A stretch of DNA of 32,000 nucleotides, taken from positions 300,001 through 332,000 of the forward strand of contig NC_000962.3 in the NCBI RefSeq assembly GCF_000195955.2, read 5' to 3'. Both the position numbers and the translations under genes were made by a program. The notes under the pieces are model-generated. The model was not told the origin of the DNA, ran no database searches, and saw only the letters and a list, made by a program, of their open reading frames with translations. Below are positions 7,877 to 14,207 of this stretch, piece after piece; position 1 is the stretch's first letter; every line of letters begins with the position of its first letter. This DNA is from Mycobacterium tuberculosis H37Rv (GTDB lineage Bacteria > Actinomycetota > Actinomycetes > Mycobacteriales > Mycobacteriaceae).

Positions 7877-9547
7877 TCACTCCACCCGGGTCGCTGAGTC
7901 GGTGTCCCAGGTTCCGGGCATCATTGGCGTGCGTGGGCTGCCGCCGAACGCGTCGTTGGGTAACGTGATCAGTCCTGCGACTTGTCCGGGACTGGCCTTG
8001 TGGGTTGTTCCGGCGAAACCCAGGGTTCCCGCTCCTTGAGGCGAACCCGTCGGGTCGTGGCCGGTTTCGGGGTCTAAATCCAGGTATTCGTAACCGCGGC
8101 CGAGCTGTTTGATCTTTGGCCGCCGACGCCGCTGCGGTTGAACCTGTTCCTCGGGCGCCGCCGCGGCCGCTGGGGCCTCGGCGCTGTCGGGTTCCGGCGT
8201 CTTCTTTCGAACGCCGGTGCCGACGGCCTTCCTGGCCTGCGCCGCCGAGTTCAGGTCACCCACCAGGTACCCGAAGCTTTGTATGCCGGCTCCGGTCACC
8301 GGCGGCGGGGCGGTCACCGGCGGCGGTGGCGGCCCGGGCGGGGGCGTCGGCGCGGTCACGGCCGTGGGGGCCGGGGCTGGGGCTGGAGTTGGGGTGGGGG
8401 TCGGGATACTCGGGGCAATCGCCGCGACCGGCGGGATGACGGGCGGCGCGGATGGCGGGATGCCAACCAGGCCCGCCAGCCCAGACAAGCCCGCGAAGCC
8501 GCCTGCTGCACTCGCAGGGGCAAGGGTCAACGGCGCCAGCGGGGCGGCTAGCAGGGGCAGCGCCGCCGGGAGCAACGCAAGAGTTTGCTCGAGCAGCGTT
8601 TTAACCAGCGCGATGGTATCGGTGATGATCGTGCCAATGGCTTCGACCGTGGTGAACATCAGGGTAAAAGCGATAGTTGCGGGATTGCCCGACGCGAACG
8701 CCGCCGCCAGATCCGCCCCGATGAATGCGAAGGTTTGCGACAGGAAGGCGACATAAGATCCGATGTCCATGGGGTAGCCAAGGGCGAACGCAATGTTGGC
8801 CGGGCTTAGGAAGGTTAGCGGATTACCCAGCGAGGGCAGCCACGGATCAAATCCGGAAAACATCGCTTGCAAAAAGGGGAGGTTGGTCAGCCAGTTGATG
8901 AACGGTTGTATAACGTTGTTGTAGAAGTCGGTATACCCGATCTTCTGCAACCATTGCAGCCATTCCTGGACTTGGTTCGGCTCGTCGGAAGCCGCTGTCG
9001 GCGCGTTGGCTTTCACGATCTGGGGGGCTGGGGTGGTCTGCGGTGCGGCGGCCACCGCCGCGGTCGAGACCGCTTGATAGCTGGCCATCGTGGTGGCGGC
9101 CTGGATCCACATCCGCGCGTAGTCGGACTCGTTGAGCGCGATCGGGATGGTGTTGATGCCGAAGAAGTTCGTCGCCATCAGCACGCCGTGGAGGGCGTGG
9201 TTGGCGCCCAGCTCGGCCAACGTTGGCATCGCGGCCAAGGCGGTGCCGTAGGCGGTGGCCGCGGTTTCTTGCCGGGTGGCCATGGCCGCGCTGTTAGCGC
9301 TGGCCTGCACCAGCCACGCCAGATAAGGGGTATGGGCGGCCACGTAAACCGCGGCGGTCGGGCCGTCCCAGGTGCCGGCCTGTACGGCGGCCAACAGCGC
9401 GGCCAGCTCGTCGGCCGTCTCCGCGTAGGCGATGCTCAACGAGTGCCACCCCTCGGCCGACACCAGCAGCGGACCGGGCCCAGGCCCGCTGCTTAGCAGC
9501 GCCGAGTGCACCTCTGGGGGCGAAGCCATCCAGATCGGGGCGGTCAT
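7877..9547 (-). CDS. PPE2: PPE family protein PPE2 (PPE-PPW subgroup)
   Basis: 556 aa. Pro-Pro-Glu at residues 10-12 (MASPPEVHS) within a ~180-aa PPE domain, a hydrophobic central region, a Pro/Thr/Ala low-complexity tract, a basic RRRRPKIKQ at 473-481, and GFAGT plus PMMPGTW (PxxPxxW) near the C-terminus. Its stop lies 18 nt upstream of the cobQ1 start. Confidence 0.93.
   Translation of the reverse strand: MTAPIWMASPPEVHSALLSSGPGPGPLLVSAEGWHSLSIAYAETADELAALLAAVQAGTWDGPTAAVYVAAHTPYLAWLVQASANSAAMATRQETAATAYGTALAAMPTLAELGANHALHGVLMATNFFGINTIPIALNESDYARMWIQAATTMASYQAVSTAAVAAAPQTTPAPQIVKANAPTAASDEPNQVQEWLQWLQKIGYTDFYNNVIQPFINWLTNLPFLQAMFSGFDPWLPSLGNPLTFLSPANIAFALGYPMDIGSYVAFLSQTFAFIGADLAAAFASGNPATIAFTLMFTTVEAIGTIITDTIALVKTLLEQTLALLPAALPLLAAPLAPLTLAPASAAGGFAGLSGLAGLVGIPPSAPPVIPPVAAIAPSIPTPTPTPAPAPAPTAVTAPTPPPGPPPPPVTAPPPVTGAGIQSFGYLVGDLNSAAQARKAVGTGVRKKTPEPDSAEAPAAAAAPEEQVQPQRRRRPKIKQLGRGYEYLDLDPETGHDPTGSPQGAGTLGFAGTTHKASPGQVAGLITLPNDAFGGSPRTPMMPGTWDTDSATRVE
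8293..8328. repeat. 18-bp tandem duplication (2 copies, 17/18 identical) inside PPE2
   Basis: cggtcaccggcggcgggg is followed directly by cggtcaccggcggcggtg. It encodes the repeated [12 protein letters not shown] peptide. Confidence 0.8.
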
Positions 9548-9651
9548 CGGCGGCTGACCGCCGGCGGAGGTGTCGTCGCGTCGCGAGCAGCCACGTTAAG
9601 GCCCAGCAGCGTGGTGGTGGCCCGACCGCTAGACAAGGTTTGGAGCGTCAT
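9544..9651 (-). CDS. 35-codon upstream ORF in the PPE2 leader; its stop overlaps the PPE2 start (ATGA)
   Basis: Minus strand: ATG (9651-9649) ACG CTC CAA ... AGC CGC CGA TGA gives [38 protein letters not shown] (9546-9544) overlaps the PPE2 ATG (9547-9545). It lies between the riboswitch aptamer and PPE2. About 74% GC3. Confidence 0.5.
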   Translation of the reverse strand: MTLQTLSSGRATTTLLGLNVAARDATTPPPAVSRR

Positions 9652-9654
9652 GAC

Positions 9655-9840
9655 CGGTTAGCTTTCTCGGGGTACACCGCCCCGGGTGGCAGGACGCGAT
9701 GACGCGAGTCTCCTGGCTCCCGGATCGTTGCTTGCCTCGCCTTCCAGCCTGTGGCCGTGGCTTACGAGGGTCGCTCCCCGGTGACAGTGGCGGGACCGCG
9801 CCGGATTCTCACCGGCTTCCTGCATCGTCATCGCCTGACG
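9655..9840 (-). promoter_or_regulatory. Cobalamin (B12) riboswitch controlling PPE2-cobQ1-cobU
   Basis: The minus strand carries the conserved core GGAAGCCGGTGAGAATCCGGCGCGGTCCCGCCACTGT (9820-9784) and a B12 box GAGCCAGGAGACTCGCG (9719-9703). A 9-bp closing helix pairs GCGATGACG (9834-9826) with CGTCATCGC (9704-9696). A possible -10 TATTCT lies at 9849-9844. Confidence 0.85.
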
Positions 9841-10073
9841 GGAAGAATATTGGCATGCAGAGCGTGGATTTGCACGTTGAGCGGCATTTGCCAAGCAGGG
9901 GTCGGTCACATCGCACGGTCGCAACAGTCACATGTGTCACTGCACTAGGCGACATCCGATCTGCCCAGCTCTCAGCGACAGGCGCCTGGCCGGCGGTTTT
10001 GTTCCCAAGTTGGTCGTGGCTGTGCGGGATTGGAGGCGGCGTTGACCTGCAGAAACCGAGTTGTCGCGCTTAG
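9699..10073 (+). CDS. Doubtful 124-aa hypothetical ORF (Rv0257-like), probably non-coding
   Basis: An open frame exists, but its first ~140 nt are antisense to the riboswitch aptamer. The product is Arg/Ser/Pro/Cys-rich with no recognisable domain, and no SD is seen. Listed only because it is a typical annotation call. Confidence 0.15.
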   Translation: MTRVSWLPDRCLPRLPACGRGLRGSLPGDSGGTAPDSHRLPASSSPDGKNIGMQSVDLHVERHLPSRGRSHRTVATVTCVTALGDIRSAQLSATGAWPAVLFPSWSWLCGIGGGVDLQKPSCRA

Positions 10074-10181
10074 CTGGGCACAGCGACCATCGCCGACGGC
10101 GGAGCTCGGCGTCGGTGAGTCGCTTCGGTCGGCCGGGGCGGCGCGATTCGGGTTCGACCACGTGGTCGTCGACCAGCTGAC

Positions 10182-10249
10182 GCGCCGAACGTGCAACCAC
10201 GGCGGCAGCGCCCGGCGACGTGTCCCCGCCACCAGTACACGTTCGGCGC
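10182..10249. repeat. Perfect 12-bp inverted repeat with 44-nt spacer downstream of the Rv0258c-like gene
   Basis: GCGCCGAACGTG (10182-10193) is the exact reverse complement of CACGTTCGGCGC (10238-10249). The spacer can form a sub-hairpin (ggcg-gcag-cgcc). Confidence 0.7.
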
Positions 10250-10293
10250 AGCCAGTGCACACACGGCACGGAGTTTAGGACTTACTCATTTGG

Positions 10294-10749
10294 CTATCCG
10301 CGACCGATATCGCCGACCAGGTAGCGCTGCATTGTCGGGCCAATGGCGTCGACCAGCATCTCCACCGACATGGAGTGCAGCGGCTCAGAACGCACCCCGT
10401 AGCGCATGATGCCCAAACCGACGAGTTGAGCGGCGCACAGCGACGCTCGGATGGCAATCTTGTCGGCCCCGAGCATCTTGAGCAACGGGTTGAAGACCGG
10501 TCCGATGAACATGGACTGCACGATCTCGGCGGTCTTGGCTAGCCCGGTGGTTGCGATGGCGCTCGCCGCAAAGGGACCGCCGCCGGCCGCATCCCAGGTG
10601 GTGATCAGCACGTAGAGGGTTCGGCGGCCTACCTGGTTGACGCTTCCGGTGACGATTTTTTCGATGAAATCCGGTGTGCCGAAGGGCAACCGCAGCATCT
10701 TCGCTACCGGGTCGAGGAGTCCGCGTGATGGCTCTTGGCTACGGGCCAT
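10294..10749 (-). CDS. Conserved hypothetical protein resembling only the C-terminal (ligand/dimerisation) domain of TetR-family regulators (Rv0258c-like)
   Basis: 151 aa. The C-terminal part AAQLVGLGIMRYGVRSEPLHSMSVEMLVDAIGPTMQRYL resembles the common actinobacterial TetR C-domain pattern (recognised by eye). No HTH, and an in-frame stop lies 8 codons upstream of the ATG. Confidence 0.6.
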   Translation of the reverse strand: MARSQEPSRGLLDPVAKMLRLPFGTPDFIEKIVTGSVNQVGRRTLYVLITTWDAAGGGPFAASAIATTGLAKTAEIVQSMFIGPVFNPLLKMLGADKIAIRASLCAAQLVGLGIMRYGVRSEPLHSMSVEMLVDAIGPTMQRYLVGDIGRG

Positions 10750-10773
10750 GGTGTCAGGATCACCCCGCTGTGA

Positions 10774-11517
10774 TCAAAGATCAAGCGTCACCGGTGTCGG
10801 CGTGCCATGCCAGCGGTGCAGCCGTTGCTGACGTGCTACCGCGCTGCGAAATCGGTTCGCGACCAGCTGTGCCAAGCCCGGATGGGTGCCGAGCGGTCGG
10901 GTTACCACATCGGCACCGGATGCCCGCAGCCGCTCTTGAAAAAGGCCTTCTGCCAACAGGAAGGAGGCGACCGCGACGCGGCGCGCACCTCGGTTGGCTT
11001 CGGCCCGGTCTCGGGCCCGCTGCACAGCCGTGCGCACATCCGGACCGCCGGTGCCCGCAAATCCCATGTCCACCCATGATCCGGTCAGTTCGGACACTAG
11101 CGTCCGAGTGGTGTGCAGGTCGGCACGTGCCCGCCTATCCGACGCGCCGGCCGCTGCGAGGATCACTGAATCGCCAGGACGCCAACCGGATTCCACCAGC
11201 TGCTGGGTGACTATCTGCGCGATCTCACGGCATGGCCCCAACGCGGGGGTGACCGTGACATGCGGGTGCGCACTGGCTGCGACATGAGCGGGCAGGTCGG
11301 TGCGAACATGATATCCGCGGGACAAGAACGCGGGCACCACGATTGCGGGACGGCAGGAAAGGGCGGAAAGCACTTCGCTGGGTGAGGGTCCGAGCACATC
11401 AACGAAGGCGACCTGCACAGTGCGGTCGACGAGCGCGCTCACTTGCGCGGCGATGTCCGCTATCATCGCGACACCGGACGGTCTGCGGGTTCCGTGGGCC
11501 GTCAAGATCAGGTTCAT
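10774..11517 (-). CDS. CbiX/SirB-type sirohydrochlorin chelatase, two-domain long form (Rv0259c-like)
   Basis: 247 aa. The N-half has LILTAHGTRR (His8) and PAFLSRGYHV (His70), as in SirB/CbiX active sites. The C-half repeat is degenerate (ILAAAGASDRR, VASFLLAEG). Its start overlaps the upstream gene's stop (ATGA). Confidence 0.8.
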   Translation of the reverse strand: MNLILTAHGTRRPSGVAMIADIAAQVSALVDRTVQVAFVDVLGPSPSEVLSALSCRPAIVVPAFLSRGYHVRTDLPAHVAASAHPHVTVTPALGPCREIAQIVTQQLVESGWRPGDSVILAAAGASDRRARADLHTTRTLVSELTGSWVDMGFAGTGGPDVRTAVQRARDRAEANRGARRVAVASFLLAEGLFQERLRASGADVVTRPLGTHPGLAQLVANRFRSAVARQQRLHRWHGTPTPVTLDL

Positions 11518-12659
11518 ACGTCATCGTGCCGGCTGTCAACGGCGAGACGGTAGCCACGTTTCACCACTGTTGCCACGATGTTCTTGTCGCCCAGAGCCGT
11601 TCGTAGCCGCAGGACGGCGGTGTCCACGGCGTGGGTGTCGCTGCCGTCGCCGGGTAGGACGCGTAGCAAGTCGCCACGAGAGACGACGCCGCCGGGGCGA
11701 TGTACCAACGCGCGCAAAATCGCCATTCCGGACGGCGATAGTGGCTTCACCGAATCATCCACCAGCACAGAGGTTCCACGGATCTCGATCACGTGGCCGG
11801 CTGCTTTGAACGTGCACGAACCCAGCAGCGGCAGCTCCTCGGCAATGTGGCGGGCTAAGGCTCCCAACCGCATTCGCTCGGGAGCCGACGTCGGGACGCC
11901 CTTTCGGATCAACGGCCGCGAAGTTACCGGGCCGACACACATCGCGTGCACGTCGGTACGCAGCGCAGCCAACAGTTGGTCCTCGATATCCAATTCACGG
12001 CTGCGTTCTAGCACCGCGGCTGCGGCAGGTGCCGACGTGAAGGTGACCGCGTCGAATTGTCGTCGCGCGATCCCGGTGACTAAATGGTCGAACACGCCGC
12101 CTAGTGGCGCCGGCTTCCACCGGTAAACCCGGATCGGCACCACTTGCGCGCCGGCGAAACGTAACCCGCCCAGAAATTCCGGAAACGGGTCCCAGCTGTC
12201 GGCGGCACCGTGCAGCTGGACGGCAATACGCGTACGGGACACCCCCGATTCGAGCAGATATTCCAGCACTTCATGCGACGATTCAGAGTCGGGGGACCAC
12301 TCTTCACGCAGGCCGGCGGCACGCAGCGCACCAGTTGCCTTTGGTCCGCGGGAGATGATCCGGGCCGACGACAACGATTCCAGGAGCTCGTTGGCCAGCC
12401 CCCACCCCTCGGCCGCGGCCAACCAGCCGCGAAATCCGATGCCGGTGTGGGCGACCAGAATGTCAGGCGGGTCGGCGATCAACGCCTCGGTGTTGTTCTG
12501 CAGTTCATCGTCGTCGGGAAGCGCGATCATCTTGATCGCTGGGGCACTACAGACCTCGGCGCCCTGGCGGCGAAGCAATGCGCACAGCTCTTCGGCGCGG
12601 CGAGCGGATGTCACCGCGATCCGGTAGCCGGTCAGTGGCGCCGAGTGTGCCTGGGCCAT
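11514..12659 (-). CDS. Fusion protein: uroporphyrinogen-III synthase (HemD)-like domain plus C-terminal OmpR/PhoB-type winged-helix DNA-binding domain (Rv0260c-like)
   Basis: 381 aa. The N-terminal ~250 aa are HemD-like (YRIAVTSARRAEEL...ILVAHTGIGFRG...DAVTFTSAPAA). The C-terminal part LSPSGMAILRALVHRPGGVVSRGDLL...AVDTAVLRLRTALGDKNIVATVVKRGYRLAV is a Trans_reg_C-type wHTH. No receiver domain. Confidence 0.8.
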   Translation of the reverse strand: MAQAHSAPLTGYRIAVTSARRAEELCALLRRQGAEVCSAPAIKMIALPDDDELQNNTEALIADPPDILVAHTGIGFRGWLAAAEGWGLANELLESLSSARIISRGPKATGALRAAGLREEWSPDSESSHEVLEYLLESGVSRTRIAVQLHGAADSWDPFPEFLGGLRFAGAQVVPIRVYRWKPAPLGGVFDHLVTGIARRQFDAVTFTSAPAAAAVLERSRELDIEDQLLAALRTDVHAMCVGPVTSRPLIRKGVPTSAPERMRLGALARHIAEELPLLGSCTFKAAGHVIEIRGTSVLVDDSVKPLSPSGMAILRALVHRPGGVVSRGDLLRVLPGDGSDTHAVDTAVLRLRTALGDKNIVATVVKRGYRLAVDSRHDDV

Positions 12660-12758
12660 ATGACGTGTCTAGGCCTGTGAGGTTTCAGTCGCGTTACCAG
12701 GCAATTGCTGCCGGATTGCCCATTGCCGATACCCACCTCTGTGGCTTCGGGCGTGGCG

Positions 12759-14168
12759 CTAGACGTAGGCCAAGCCCGCGGGTGCGGTGGTCGCCGGCAC
12801 GAGCTCGCCGGCGCTCTTTAGGCCCCGACGCACATAAATCGCCCAGGTCAGCACCGAGGCGACCAGGTAGAACACCCCGAAGGCCCAAAATGCCGAGGTG
12901 GCCGTGCCACTGGTCAGGTAGGACTCTCGCAGAGCCAGGTTGACGCCCACTCCGCCGAGCGCGCCGACCGCCCCGGCCAGGCCGATCAGCGCGCCTGACA
13001 TCGACCGCGACCACTGCCTGCGCTCGGCTTCACTGATCTGCAGCGAATGGCTGCGCGCCTCGAAGATCGACGGAATCATCTTGTACACAGAGCCATTGCC
13101 GATGCCGGACAAAATGAACAGAGCCGTGAAGCCGATGACGTAGCCGACCATCGTCGCAGTCGGCATCGGCCCGGCCAGGTGGTCACCGAAAGTGCTTGCG
13201 CTGATGAGTATTCCGGTGGCCAGCAGCATGGCGCAGAAGGCAGCTAGGGTGACTCGGCCGCCACCGATACGGTCGGCGAGCTTGCCGCCATATATTCGGG
13301 ACAGCGATCCCAATAGCGGCCCCAGGAAGGCGATCTGGGCCGCATGCAGCGAGGCCTGCGCCGTGCTCTGACCGCTGGCGATGAAGTTGATCTGCAGCAC
13401 CTGACCGAATGCGAAAGAGAACCCGATGAACGAGCCGAAAGTGCCGATGTACAGCAGCGAGATCACCCAGGTGTGCGGCTCGGACACTACCGCACGCATG
13501 GTGTTCAGCTCGATGCGATACTCCGTCAGGTTGTCCATGTACAGTGCGGCGCCGAGGCCGGCGACCGCCAGCAGCACCAGATATATCGCGCACACCCAGT
13601 AGGGCTCGCGGTCACCGGCCGTTGCGATCACCAGCAGGCCGACCAACTGCACCATCGGCACCCCGAGGTTGCCGCCACCCGCGTTGAGCGCAAGCGCGGC
13701 GCCCTTGAGTCGTTGCGGAAAGAAAGCGTTGATGTTCGTCATGGAGGCGGCGAAGTTGCCGCCGCCGAGGCCGGCTAGCGCACCGCACACCAGATACGGC
13801 CACAGTGGCAAACCAGGGTTGGCCAGCAACAGAATGCTGCCAACGGTCGGAATCAACAGCACCAGTGCGGAAAAGATGGTCCAGTTGCGCCCCCCGAACT
13901 TTGCGGTGGCAAATGTGTAAGGGAAGCGCAGGCATGCCCCGACCAAGGTCGCGGTGGCGCCGAGCAGGAACTTGTCGCCGGCGGAAAAGCCGTACACCGA
14001 TGTGGGCATGAACAGCACCATCACCGACCAGAGGGACCAGACGGAAAATCCGACGTGCTCGGCGGCCACCGACCAGATCAGATTGCGTCGGGCGATGAAT
14101 TTGTTGCCGGCCTCCCACGCCACCGAGTCTTCGGGATCCCAGTCGGAGATCTGGTGGGAACGGCCCAT
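12759..14168 (-). CDS. narK3: NarK-family MFS nitrate/nitrite transporter NarK3
   Basis: 469 aa, about 12 hydrophobic spans, NarK nitrate-signature-like AGLGGGNFAASMTNI. Paralogous to the ORF at 21331..22722. Confidence 0.9.
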   Translation of the reverse strand: MGRSHQISDWDPEDSVAWEAGNKFIARRNLIWSVAAEHVGFSVWSLWSVMVLFMPTSVYGFSAGDKFLLGATATLVGACLRFPYTFATAKFGGRNWTIFSALVLLIPTVGSILLLANPGLPLWPYLVCGALAGLGGGNFAASMTNINAFFPQRLKGAALALNAGGGNLGVPMVQLVGLLVIATAGDREPYWVCAIYLVLLAVAGLGAALYMDNLTEYRIELNTMRAVVSEPHTWVISLLYIGTFGSFIGFSFAFGQVLQINFIASGQSTAQASLHAAQIAFLGPLLGSLSRIYGGKLADRIGGGRVTLAAFCAMLLATGILISASTFGDHLAGPMPTATMVGYVIGFTALFILSGIGNGSVYKMIPSIFEARSHSLQISEAERRQWSRSMSGALIGLAGAVGALGGVGVNLALRESYLTSGTATSAFWAFGVFYLVASVLTWAIYVRRGLKSAGELVPATTAPAGLAYV

Positions 14169-14176
14169 ACTGACCC

Positions 14177-14207
14177 CTATCGTGATCGACGTTCTCGATC
14201 ACGCTAG
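14177..14207. promoter_or_regulatory. 31-bp near-perfect palindrome abutting the narK3 ribosome-binding site
   Basis: The arms of ctatcgtgatcga-cgttc-tcgatcacgctag match at 12/13 positions, with a perfect 9-bp core. It lies 8 nt upstream of the narK3 ATG, and its 3' arm overlaps the AGGGG SD on the mRNA. Confidence 0.6.

Noticed and set aside
9658-9924. 88-aa minus-strand ORF upstream of PPE2
   Set aside because: It is co-linear with the cobalamin riboswitch aptamer. The sequence is explained by conserved RNA motifs, not coding potential.
10750-10776. Chelatase and TetR-C-only genes share one reading frame, separated by a single TGA and 8 codons: possible stop-codon read-through fusion
   Set aside because: No read-through context, selenocysteine-type element or functional rationale is visible, and a same-frame arrangement has a one-in-three chance. 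It is noted only inside the headless-TetR finding.
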